From Vicugna vicugna (Eukaryota), in NCBI GenBank assembly GCA_013265495.1, contig MU058844.1:12296184-12360183 (forward strand): DNA of 64,000 nt, written 5' to 3'. Under the pieces are notes generated by a model. The model was not told the DNA's origin. It searched no databases and was given only the letters and a program-made list of their open reading frames with translations. The position numbers were made by a program, and so were the translations under genes. Shown here piece by piece: positions 1-12,419 of this stretch (its first letter is position 1; each line of letters begins with the position of its first letter).

Positions 1-19
1 TTCTTGTGGCCTGCAAGTG

Positions 20-422
20 TCTCCATCTCATTTCACATCTTGCTCCTTGCTCTCTGCCCACCAAAGGCTCCTTCAGGCCACAGGCTCTTTGCACATATTT
101 TCCCTTCTAACAAGAGTTTGTTTGAATTCCTCTTCTTTTGAATTGCTAGTCATCCCTCATATTCCTCATCACTCTTCCCAGTCAAGGTCAGTTTCTTCTA
201 TTATATGCTTTCATAGTACCAGGTACCTTTACTTCAAAGCAATTTCACAGTTTGAAAATTCACATTTATTTATGTGAATGTTTCATTAAAATCTGTCTCC
301 TTCTAGTTTTACACCCCATGAGGTCGGGGACAGAGTCTGTGTTTTCTCGCTATGACATCTCCAGGGCCTATCCAAAGTGATAGAAGGTCCTGATAAATAT
401 ATGCTGCATGAATAAATAAATG
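20..422 (+). mobile_element. L2 LINE 3' fragment
   Basis: CCATGAGGTCGGGACAGAGTCTGTG...ATAAATATATGCTGCATGAATAAATAAATGA L2 terminus. Confidence 0.7.
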
Positions 423-3229
423 AGACTGACTGTTTACATTTTAAATAAGGAGTTTATCTGTATGTTCCTAGAGGGCTTTGTTCTGAGCCTTGGGGGCCGC
501 TTTCAGCATCAGAATTTCACTAGATGGTTTCCGCATCTTGCTTATTGTTATGCAAAAGCTACTAAGGGTGTATCCTTGAGGGCTGTATTTTGCTTAGACT
601 CTCTTAGGAAACGTGAGTGTGTGCACACAGGCTGTGGATATTTAATATTAACTGACCTCCTACTGCGTTGCTCAGAAAGCAACTTTTGATTTGTTACCAC
701 TCTAATTTCCTTACTAATATTGTATCATGGCTCCCGAACCCTCAGTGGGTTTAGAGCAGCTGTTAGGGAATACAAGAAGTAAATTTGATTGTGCGTGGAA
801 ATTGGCCTGCATGTGAGACAAAAAACTTTGGTTTCCTTACTACATTTACTATACTACAATGATCTGAAATCGCAACCTCACTGGATTGCAAGGAACTGCA
901 GCAGCTTTAATTAATGTTTTTGCCACTGTTCCTATTGATTATTGCAAATGTCTGTATGTCTCTCCAAATGTCTTCTGAGGGTTCTGAGTACTTCAAAGGA
1001 CCTCCACTGTTGCACTGTTCTCTTGCAGCTCATTAAAGATCATATAATAAATGACCCCTCTGGCTCTAATTTCTCCAGGCTTAACATGATTTGGGATCCC
1101 ATGCTGGTTTCAGATCTTATCCCTGCCCCTTGTTTGCAGAATCTGTGCTTTTCTGCAATTTAGCATCTGCACTTCTAGTGAGCAATTCAAATGTCTTTTG
1201 CAAGCACATTGTTTAGGTGATCTATGGTGTGAGCTTCTTGTATGTGCTATACTCAGAATACCATTTTGAGATTTGCTAAGTCAAACCATCAATTGCATAT
1301 AAAAATTTGTTGGGGTTTTGGCTCTGTGTTTTGAAAAAGCAAAATCTAACATTGCTTTAAGACATCTCTCTGCTCTTTCTCTCTTTTAAGTTCTTGCTGA
1401 CATATTTAGGAAGAATATATGAGAATAAATGTATTATTTAAATTTCCAGGTTGTCTATAGCAATCCCTTTCCAGTCTAATTAGGACCAATAGGTTGCAAA
1501 ATGCCTAAAGCAAATCCATTAACACTTAACTACATCTCTTCTGGATCTATACTGCACTGACAGAAGATGCAGGCATCACATTTTTGATGAGGGCTAATGA
1601 CTTGATAATGCATTCACTGTGTCAGATGTCAGGTGTACAATAGGACTGTGAGAACTACAAAGACGAAAAGAAGAAACAGCATTTGCTAATGTCTTCCTCC
1701 CTTCTGTCCCCAAGGTAGTGTCACTAGCAGAGCAATCTCCAGTTCATGGAGGCAGTGACGGAGGGACCTGTGGGATCAAGGGAACTTTTGCAATGATTTC
1801 TGTCTAGATTATAGTCATAAGGGATCTTGTTCATGTGCTTAGTGTGTGCATCGGGGTGTGTGTCAGCAGAAGCTTCGTGTTTATCAGCTACATCCTCATC
1901 TTTCTGTGGCTAGGTAGCCACGGGCGCCCAGGGAAAGGAAGTGACTGCATTTATTCTCAGTGTTGCCAACAGTCAGGTAAGATGCTCTCTCACCGTGGTA
2001 TACAGCAAGGCAGGTGGCATTTAAAAAATGAATAAAGCAACATTTTAGAGAAGTCAGTGCTGCTTCTCATATGAATCAATGCCAGAGTCAATTGTTCTAA
2101 GAACCAAGATAAATTATATTGGAGGAAGAGGTAAGGGGTAGAAGAGCCCAGCTGCTCAAAGAGCTAGAAGTAAAAGTCTGTCTCTGTCTCTGTCTCTGCC
2201 ATCTCTCTCTCAATCTGTCTCTTTCTATCTCTGTCTCTGACACACACATACCCGTCCACCTCTTGTGCACTATTAGAATTTAGTTATGCTATTCAATTTT
2301 TATCACATTTAAATTAGAAATTACAAGTCAGTAACAATTATGAGCTATAACTACAAAGTAACATGGCTGAATTTTTAAAAACATAATGGGATTTTTACAT
2401 TATGGAAACAGGTTTTGTCCTCTTAAGAAAAGAAGCTGTCTGTAGATTTCCAGGACTCTATTGGCCAGCCTTTTGCATCTCTTATTTTGCAATGGCCTTC
2501 AGAACCTGTGACATATTCTTTTGACTACTGTTCAGAGTGGCAAAGCTTCATCTCTTCAGGGCAGATCTACTTTGTGAAAATAAACGAAAGTCATTCTGAG
2601 TCAAGCTCAAGGATTAAAAGTAGATTCCAAACTGTGTGATATCATCTGGGCTCTAAAGTGAGGTGCAGGTCTGCAGTAGTGATCCTGGTTTGCCTACGCT
2701 GGTTCCCCTGCACACCTCCTGCCCACCCCACCCCCCAGCACACCCACCAGAACCTACTGGTGTTCATTACTGTCTAGTAATACCAGGTAACTTAGCTTGC
2801 TAGAGTCCAGCAGTATTTTTCAACTTTCTCTTAATCTCTACCCTACTTCCAACTCGTAGACCTTGAATCCAGAACTTGATCCTATTTCTGGTTCCTTTAA
2901 CTGGGTGTTAGCAATGATTTCTCCAGGGTTTACTACTTTTCCAAATAAACTCTGCCTTAATTTTTTCTCTTGCCTTTGGATGCAGTGTGTTTACTGACAA
3001 AGGACTCCCTACTTTACCTTGCTCCCCTGGAAACCCAGACTCTGACATGAGCCATGTGGTCCACATGCTGAGAATCCCACTGTTATGAACACAATTTCAA
3101 AATATGTGTTTCAGAGCTCTTTTAGCTACTCATGATACTATTAGAATAAGTATAAAATGAGCATAAGACCTTCCAAGGTGACTACATTAAAAAAGGTACT
3201 TAAATGTGCACATTCTGACATAAATGCTC

Positions 3230-3620
3230 TATTCTTTCAATTTTTTGTTATGGAAGATTTCAAATGTTTTTGTCAGGCTTCAACAACCGTTAACTTTCTC
3301 CTGTTCTTCTTTCATCAACCTCCTTCCAAAAAAATTTGTGAAGTATTTTAAAGCAAAGTCCAGGTATCATATTATTTCTCCTAAAATTATGTCAATATTT
3401 AACTCCACCAGATAAGGGATTTAAAATAAACTAAATCACTGTTCTATTATTAAACTCAACAAAACTACAAAAATCTCCTCAATATTGTCTACATTCTAAT
3501 TCATGCTTAATTTTCCCTGTTATCTCAAACATGTCTTTTTAGACCTGGTTGTTTGAATCAGGATCTAAACAAGGTCCACACATCATGTGTAGTATGTCTT
3601 TGAAGACTCTTTTAATAGGT
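3230..3620 (-). mobile_element. Old L1 (L1MC/L1MD-type) 3' fragment
   Basis: TTTGAATCAGGATCTAAACAAGGTCCACACAT motif typical of the reverse strand of L1MC/MD 3' ends. Confidence 0.55.
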
Positions 3621-3678
3621 AATTTTGCTATAAAGAATAACATACATATAATTTCATATATTACTGTTATAAACTTAC

Positions 3679-6620
3679 CTTCCATAGCTAAATTATAAAG
3701 AGATATTTTGCTTATTTACATATAAGTAAGAATTGCTTGTTTGCATCAAGCATCAGATTCCTGTATAAAAGTGTATAAAAATGAATCTTCAGCAGAGACT
3801 AAAGAAATCAGGTTTACCAGCTATCTAAATGGGGTGGCCATATGAGGCAGTGACTCTCATTTCAATTACTTCAAACTCTCCCTTCTTGGACTTTGGTTTT
3901 GATTCCATAAAAATGATAATTCATCATTTCTATAATAAATTCAGTGTTTAGAGATATTGTTTACATCACTCTGTCTCAGATTTTCCAATATGAGCCCTCA
4001 AAAGGAGTTTATTTCAATGACAAATGGCTCTTCATAACATTATATTTTTACTCCTTTATTGCCACATAAATCTGTTAACTCTTAACATGTAACATTTGCA
4101 GAAAATGGACATTTCAAAATGAGTGGCAAGCATTTTCCAATGTATTATCCAAATGATAACAATGCCCTTTGTTTAATAAAATAAAAGAACAATAAAATCC
4201 TAACTCCTTACCATTAGCTTTATAAAAAAGATACACACTTATGCTATCTTCTTATATTTCCAATTGGCATAACTCTAATCCTGGGTCTTGATGTTAAATT
4301 CTTTTTTTTTTTTAATTTAGTGTGGCTTATTTTCAGCAGCATATGTAAATATGAAAATAAGTTCCGAAAAAAAAGTCCTGTAAAAATGCATAGTTAGGTA
4401 AAACAATTATAAATCATTAAAAGATAACCTTAGTTTAAAAATCAGTGGTCATTTAATCACAGATTTCAGTGCATTAATACTATTACTTTTTGATTTGCAA
4501 ATTCATTATTGAATCATTTTCCAACTAGAATGTAAAATAAACAAATGTAGCCCAGAAATAACAGGTTAATATAGTCTTACTTCAGATGGAACTAATTCTG
4601 TGTTCAAGTTATTCTCCTTAGGGGGAAAAAAATTGAAGAATTTAATTGAGCATTTGGAATACCAAAAGAGAAAACTGATGTATTTAGGAGTAGACTGACT
4701 CAAATAACATTCCACTGCATTAGCATTTATTTGTGCAGCAAACAATCTCCAATCGAGCTCCTGTGCCTCATCTTCTTAAGGTAAATATCTTCCTTTGCTT
4801 TAGAAGAGATTTCAATCTGGCTTTACAAAGCATTCTAATCTGACAACTGCTAATAAAAGACCCGATTCTATAGCTCACATTCCCATGTGTACACCTCCCT
4901 GACACCAATATTTAAGTTTTAAATATGAAAATCTCCTCCTCTTACTTTTTTAAATTGAGGAAATATAGCTTTGCTATCCTCAGTGTCATAACTACACAAA
5001 GCGTGTGTGCGCACACGTGTGCACATGCACATACAGGCTCATGCTGCTCTTACATGCACGTGTGTGAGCCCATAAACACAAAGAACAAAAGCAGGTACAA
5101 TTTTATTGGGGTAAGGAATTCTCCTAGCAATATTTTACACTCAATATTCTACAAGTTTCTTCTTTTTACATTGTAAACCACTAAGTGATTCCTCTAAAAA
5201 TCTGTAGCAATCAGTTTCCTGGACAAAAAACCCATCCTTTGTGGTAATGAAAGCAATTCAAAAGAGGAATGCCTATCAATAAATATTTAATATCTGGAAT
5301 TAAAATTCCTGTCCAAGATCTGAATGACAGACAACCATAAGGAATAACAATTTTGAGGATCTCTTCAATTACAGGAAAAAATTCCCTGCCTAAAAATGCC
5401 TGCAAAGAATTCAGTTTACTTACTTTCTCACTTAAGTCCTCCTGAAAATTCTGTCCAAAAAGTTGTGGCCGTCAATTCGGGTTTTATGGCACATAGGAGA
5501 TTGATTTTTGCAGGAATCTCAGGATAATTCCCTTTGTAAATCCCTCCCTGCCAAAAATTCTCTACTCTGTGAACAATGATCTAACAAGATTGCCTCACGA
5601 GGTTGTCTTTGTAGCATAGGTTTTCTTAAAAGAAGGCTATACTGAAAGCCTCTACAATTTCCATGGACAGATAATGAATTCTGCAGATTATCTAGAACAG
5701 CTGGGCAACTGTGCCTTTTCCACCTGAGACCTCAGCAGGTTACCAGGCCATGACAGCAGGGACAGACACCGATGGAGACTCGGACTGAAAAGCAGGAGAA
5801 AGGAACATTTTGGCTTTTTTCTAAGCAGGTAACTCAATGCTTCCCAAAAGTAAATTCAATTCATTCTTATAAATTCTATTATTTTAAAATAAAAATCTAG
5901 TCTAATTTACCTGCCTTCCACAACGTTTTCAACTAATATTGACAAAAGAAAGCAAGCCACACTGTGAACCAGGGGCACACTATGTTCTCATTAATTGAGT
6001 TATTCATTGGGCTTTGAACGCCAAAATGTCATATTGAAATTTAACAATTTTTTAATATCCTAAAAATTACAGAGTTTAAGAGATGTTTATGAAAGGTTAC
6101 ATCCATTGCTTATAGAAGACAAATACAATAAAGATAAAAGTAATTGAGGGATTTGTAATATTAATATTTAGGCTTTTTGTTTTAGAAAATCAGTCATATT
6201 CTGTAGAAAGATGGTAAAATATTAGTCCCCACAATCCACAAAATAAAATTATCTCTTTAGCAACCGGACAAGAATGACAATGCAAATTGGTCCTGGTTAT
6301 TTTCTGGTTTGGATACAACATGACATTCCCCCTACTAGTCTAAGATTTGTTAAGATTTGTTTGTTTTTCTATTTGTTTAATTTTTTTTGAGCTACCTAGA
6401 AAAGGGCATTAAACATAAAGGTGCTTAGAAATAACACTTGTACTTGTAATAATGTTGCTTAATCAAGAAAACTGTTTCACAGAATGGCCTAAAACCTTCA
6501 CCACCCATCTAATTTTTTTAACCACTTGTCCCTGCCTAGGGAAGAGCAAAGAAATAAAAATAAATTCTCATTTTCCTTTACCACTTTTTCTAGTTCTGTT
6601 ACTATACTCCGGGTAAGTGG
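3679..6620 (-). CDS. Speculative chain of in-frame micro-exons of an unidentified gene (6582-6620, 5911-5932, 5744-5784, 5424-5441, 4581-4616, 4212-4217, 3679-3687)
   Basis: Each segment is bounded by AG/GT on the minus strand and they join into one open frame (PLTRSIVTELEKVLKTLWKAVRVSIGVCPCCHGLEDLSEKENNLNTELVPSELMLWK). No homolog recognised. Confidence 0.2.
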
Positions 6621-7261
6621 CTATTTGCAGAGGTAACATGGCCTATTTGTTATTTCCATCAGATATTAAAACATTTTCTAAAAGGTATCCTGGAAATAAC
6701 AAAGCCAGGTGTACAGCTACAAATTTCCTAACCCTATTACATTTGAATTTCATTAAAATATCATTCAGTAGAATGTTGACAATCCACAACCCAAAGAAAA
6801 TCTTCATTCCAGAATCATGAAGCCATGCGAAAGCAGGACAAGGTATATAGAGGACAGCTTCTGTTTTTATTCTTCAACAAAGCAAAATTTACGAAGGATG
6901 ACTAGAATATCCTAAGGAAAACTCCCTTCAGTCAAAGAAAATTTCTTTCAGTTGGTACCACTCCTTCCATTCTGCTGACAGATGGCTAGGGTTTCAGGCC
7001 TTCCGGGTGGGCTGGCACCAGCCTTGTCCAATGTCTAAAAAGACGATACCAGTTTGCCCGTAAAGACACACACCAGAATACTTATCCCTCCTTGACAGGC
7101 ATACCTCATTTCAATGTGCTTCACTTTTTTGAGCTTCCCAGATACTGAGTTTTTTTGCAGATTGAAGGTTTGTGGCAAACCTGCATCGAGCAAGTCTACT
7201 GGTGGCATTTTTCCAACAGCATTTGCTCATTTCATGTCTCTGGGTTGCATTTTGGTAATTC

Positions 7262-7754
7262 ATTTTTTTTTCTTTAAACTTTTACCACCCAGTTTATACT
7301 TTGTGCCTTACTTAGGACAGCTGGTTCATTGTCTGACAATGAAAAGACCTTTCAGGGTGGTTTGTAGTATCAGTTTATAAATAGGGAAACGCACAGATGC
7401 ACCACGAAGACAGTAGTAACATCGGTGAGCGTTGACAGCCATTTTTCTGGAGAACATTCAGTTGAGCACCACATAATGGTGAGCTCAGTCCTTTGGAGAC
7501 TTCTTCATTAATGACTAGCCCCGCTCCAAGTGAGCTGAAGGTAGATCAGAAATCAAGCTGACATTTTCCCACTTTCCAGCAAGGAAGGAAAATGAAAGGA
7601 GTAGGCAGATAGGTGATCGGGATTTAGCAGAATTGGAGGCCTGGGGAGCTGTTTACTCAGATGGAAACTAAAAGTGGGGTTCTCTTTCCTAGCCCCCTCT
7701 TCTGAGCACTTGGGAGTGGCTTCACAACAGTGCTTTTTAAAAAAATTTTTTTTA
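7262..7754 (-). other. Orphan TSD-flanked insertion (possible retrocopy of an mRNA 3' UTR or a transduced sequence)
   Basis: CATTTTGGTAATTC occurs at 7248-7261 and 7755-7768, and Tigger1 is collinear on both sides. T9 run at 7263-7271 reads as an A-tail on the minus strand. Confidence 0.75.
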
Positions 7755-8037
7755 CATTTTGGTAATTCTTACAACATGTTCATTTTTTTCATTATATTTA
7801 TTATAATGAATTATATCTGTTACAATGATCTGTGATCAGTGACCTTTATGTTACTTTGTAATTGTTCTGGGGACACCACAAGCCACAGCCACATAAGATG
7901 ACAAATTTAACTGATGAAAGCCGTGTGTGTTCTGACTACTCCACCGACCAGTTGCTCCCTGTCTCTTCTATCTCCTCAAGCCTCCCTATTCCTTGAGAAC
8001 CAACAGTGTTGAAAGTAGGCCCATGAATAGCCCTACA

Positions 8038-9400
8038 ATGACCTCCAAGTAGCCAAGTGAAAGGGAGACTTGCATGTCTCTCAGTTTAAATCAAAAGCTA
8101 GGAATGATAAAGCTCAGTGAGGAAGACATGTGGAAAGCCAAGACAGGCTAAAAGCTAGGTCTCCTGTGCCAGCTAGCCAAGTTGCGAATGGAAAGGAAAA
8201 GTTCTTGAAGGAAACTAGTACTCCAGTGAACACACAGATGATAAGAAAAAGAAACAGTCTTATGGCTGATGTGGAGAAAGTTTTGGTGGTCTGGATAAAG
8301 GATAAAACCAGCCACGGTATTCCCTTAAGGAAAAGTCTAGCCCAGAGCGAGGCCCTAACTCTCTTCAGTTCTCCGAAGGCTGAAAGANNNNNNNNNNNNN
8401 NNNNNNNNNNNNNNNNNNNNNNNNNNNNNNNNNNNNNNNNNNNNNNNNNNNNNNNNNNNNNNNNNNNNNNNNNNNNNNNNNNNNNNNNNNNNNNNNNNNN
8501 NNNNNNNNNNNNNNNNNNNNNNNNNNNNNNNNNNNNNNNGATCATTAGGGAAAGTGGCTACACTAAACAACAGATTTTCAATGTAGACAAAACAATCTTA
8601 TACTGGAAGAAGGTGCTATCTAGGATTTTCATAGCTACAGAGGAGAAGCCAATGCCTGGCTTCAAAGCATCAAAAGACAGGCTGACTCTCTTGTCGGGGG
8701 CTAATGAGTCTGGTTACTTTAAATGGAAGCCAATGCTCATTTACCATTCCAAAGTCCTAGGGTCCTTAAAAATTATGCTGAATCTACAGTGACTGTGCNN
8801 NNNNNNNNNNNNNNNNNNNNNNNNNNNNNNNNNNNNNNNNNNNNNNNNNNNNNNNNNNNNNNNNNNNNNNNNNNNNNNNNNNNNNNNNNNNNNNNNNNNN
8901 NNNNNNNNNNNNNNNNNNNNNNNNNNNNNNNNNNNNNNNNNNNNNNNNNNNNNNNNNNNNNNNNNNNNNNNNNNNNNNNNNNNNNNNNNNNNNNNNNNNN
9001 GCTGCTAACGCAACGTCCATTCTGCAGCCCATGGATCACGGAATCATTTCAACTTTCAAGTCTTATTATTTAAGAAATACACTGTGTAAAAGGCTATGGT
9101 TGCCACAGATGTAATTCCNNNNNNNNNNNNNNNNNNNNNNNNNNNNNNNNNNNNNNNNNNNNNNNNNNNNNNNNNNNNNNNNNNNNNNNNNNNNNNNNNN
9201 NNNNNNNNNNNNNNNNNNNNNNNNNNNNNNNNNNNNNNNNNNNNNNNNNNNNNNNNNNNNNNNNNNNNNNNNNNNNNNNNNGAAGTGCAGATGCTATGAC
9301 AATAGCCAGAGAACTAGAATTAGATGTGATGCTGAAGATGGGACTGACCTGCTGCAATCCCATGATAATACATTAAGGGATGAGGAGTTGTTTTCTCTGA
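8038..9400 (+). pseudogene. Tigger1 transposase remnant (HTH/CENP-B-like plus DDE region) with stops and frameshifts
   Basis: Start-like ATGACCTCCAAG at 8038 is followed by an in-frame TAG. Recognisable pogo transposase peptides lie in ORFs 8130-8792 and 8723-9073; partly N-masked. Confidence 0.85.
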
Positions 9401-11389
9401 ATGAGCAAAGAACGTAGTTTCTTGAGAAACAACTCCTGCTGAAGATGCTGTGAAGANNNNNNNNNNNNNNNNNNNNNNNNNNNNNNNNNNNNNNNNNNNN
9501 NNNNNNNNNNNNNNNNNNNNNNNNNNNNNNNNNNNNNNNNNNNNNNNNNNNNNNNNNNNNNNNNNNNNNNNNNNNNNNNNNNNNNNNNNNNNNNNNNNNN
9601 NNNNNNNNNNNNAAAGGAAGAGTCAATGATGCAGCAAACTTCATTGCTGTCTTACTGTAAGAAATTTCTAGAGCCATTCCTACCTTCAGTACCCACCACC
9701 TTGATCAATCAGCAGCCATCAACCCTGAGGCAAGACCCTCCACCAGTAAAAAGATCATTGACTCTCTGAAGGCTCAGATAACGATTAGCAATTTTAACAA
9801 CACAGTGTTTTAAATTAAGGTATTTAACACTTAAGACTACAGTATAATGTAAACATAACTTTCATGTACAATGGGAAACTGTGTGACTCACTCTACTGTG
9901 ATATTTGCTTTATTGTGGTGGTCTGGAACCCAATCTGCATTGTCTCTGAAGTATGCCTGTATATAATACAGGAGTAAAACTGCATTCAGATATATATAAA
10001 AATAGACTGTTCATATATATATGTACACATATACTATAAAAGCAGTGATCCTAGAGATGTTATTCTAAGGAGTGTAACACCCAGTATCTCTTGCTGTTCT
10101 ACCGAAGTGAGTACGGAGCTCATAAGTACTAAGTAAATAAATACTCCTCAACATGACAACACATAAAACAACTGAGGCAGAGCAAGGTATTGCCTACAAA
10201 CCACACTGTCATACAGTTCACATGTTACCCCCTAAATTTATGAGTAAACTTCTTAGTTCTCTGTTTCTACATGAAAGCAGCATACTTCCATTAGGTTTCA
10301 TGTTGTGATCTTGCATATATGGGAGGGGACTTTGCTTTTACATTCTGCTCAACAAAACATAAATTGAAAGCTATTTAAAATAAAGGAGTAGAGTATTATA
10401 TATGATGTCACATAAGATATAATTCACCACAAATGCTCTAAGTGATCATTGTATGCGATGGTAATAGTGCCATTTTGAAACATTATTCAAAGTCAGAACC
10501 CTGCTGAGTCCAATGGAGATAAAGTCCCTTTAACAAGTTAAGTTATTCTCAGCTGGTGACTTTTCACCTTGCTCTATTAGTTTTAAATTCAAAGCCTCTG
10601 AATTCCCACTTAAAATAGTGCCTAAAAAACATCCCTTGACATACTCTACACCATCATTACTCTAGATTTTATAACAGCACAGGACAAGACAAAAAGAAAC
10701 AGAAATGCCAAAAACAAGTTCTGCTAATCACTCTGCTTCCAGAATCGGGGAAGATTGTTCATTACAAGGTCAATGGAATCAAACTGAAGGATCATATCAA
10801 TGACCTATCCTGTTACACAGCCAGAGAAGGGCAGGCATGCCTCCTTATAAGCAGGTAGATGACACTTTTTCATCCTTTGTTTCTCCCCTGGTTCAGAAAT
10901 ACAAATTTGTACCAGGCAGAAAACTAAGGAGCTTTCTTTCTACCTTATGGATAAACAGAGAAAATCAAGGTGTCACTGCCCTTGTGACCCACCTACACAT
11001 CCTATCCTACATCCAACTGGAAATTTAAATACTAAAATACAGAGTAGAATGTTGTAGACAGAGGTCAGATATGGAGATAGCTCAAAACCCAGAACCCAGG
11101 AATGGTAATAAAACAGATGAGAATTAAGACCAGTTTAACTTTAATGCCATCTGAACACAATAAATGTGGATACTCAGCTGAATCTATATATAAAGATAGA
11201 ACTTTAAAGGAAATGTATATTACTAAAAAGTAATCTTATATGTATAATTTGGGCTTTAAACCTCAGATTACATAAACAAACAGGGGAGTGAGAGCAACTA
11301 CTTAGGCCCCCAAAACTTAGAAACATCCATGACTCTGCTCTTTATTTAATCCCTACGCAAATCCTGCTGGCCCTTCACACCTCTAAAAT

Positions 11390-12365
11390 GTACCCAGACC
11401 CTGATGACTTCTCACCCTCTCTGCAAGGCACCTTCAGTGCACACCAGGATTACTGAATAGGCCTGCTAACCCTACCCTCGCCACACTCTGGATTGCCCCT
11501 TTTGCAGTCTCTCCTCAACGTTGTGATAAGTGTGGTCCTTCTGAAAACATAGTCAGATGTATTCAGTTGTTTTTCCACATCTTTGAGTTGATGCCCACCT
11601 CAGTCAAAGTAGAACTCAAAGTCCTACAGTGGCCATGAGAGCCTGTAAGCGCCAGCCCTCACTTACTTCTCCAGTGTCATCTACTCCTCTTCCCTATACT
11701 CACCCTGCACACCTTGAACTTGTCAGGTGCACTCCAGCCTCAATCCTTGCATACGATGTACTCTCGCCTAAACTACTGTTCCCCTGGATCTTCATGGAGG
11801 CCCTGAGCGTGTCTGTGAGGCTCTTCACGTCATCCACATGAATGGCAATCTTGAAAGTGAAGCAATGTATATGGGTGGTCTTACTCTCTCAGCTCCTTCA
11901 GGTCTTTGCTCAAAGTCACTTTCTCAAGAAAGCATCCTCTGACCATCTTACTTAAAAAGGCAACACTTCTCCAGAAATCCCCACCCCCCTTCTCTGCCTT
12001 CCTTTTCTCTCTATGGTATTCATCACAATTTGACATACTACAATATTTCATTTAATGTAAGACATCATTAATTACAAGGCTTACCACTTAAAAACTATTC
12101 TACCAGAAAAGCATGGCTAATTAAATATGATATATCACCAGCTGTAAGAGGCATCCTGATTTCAAAGATGTTAAATTGTGAAAAAAAAATGTACTCTTTT
12201 GAATCAAGGAAACATGGTCATTTACTTGTTTACTTGTTTATTATATCTCTCTCCCTTAACGTCCAAAAACAGAGAGATTTTTATCCTTTTTTTCCCCACA
12301 ACTTGAATAGTGACCAGTGAATCATGAGGGGTATTAAAGAAGCATTTTTGATTGAATGAATGAAA
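11390..12365 (+). mobile_element. L2 LINE fragment (split by the MER104-like insert)
   Basis: Pyrimidine-rich L2 body ending TTTGATTGAATGAATGAA. Confidence 0.7.
12052..12218 (-). mobile_element. MER104/Kanga (Tc2-type) fragment nested in L2
   Basis: GCATCCTGATTTCAAAGATGTTAAATTGTGAAAAAAAAATG...GAATCAAGGAAACATGG; L2 resumes after it. Confidence 0.6.
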
Positions 12366-12419
12366 GCACATAAAAGTAGGTTAAGTTCCTCACTTTACAT
12401 GAGGAAAATTTACAAGATG

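Larger units (their letters stand above)
7096..9959 (+). mobile_element. Tigger1 (pogo-like Tc1/mariner) DNA transposon, near full length, decayed, interrupted by a 493-bp insertion
   Basis: TIR CAGGCATACCTC at 7096 and its near-complement GAAGTATGCCTG ending 9959, followed by TA. Transposase remnants (ORF 8130-8792, ...[15 protein letters not shown]...[16 protein letters not shown]...). Length without the insert is about 2.36 kb. Confidence 0.95.
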
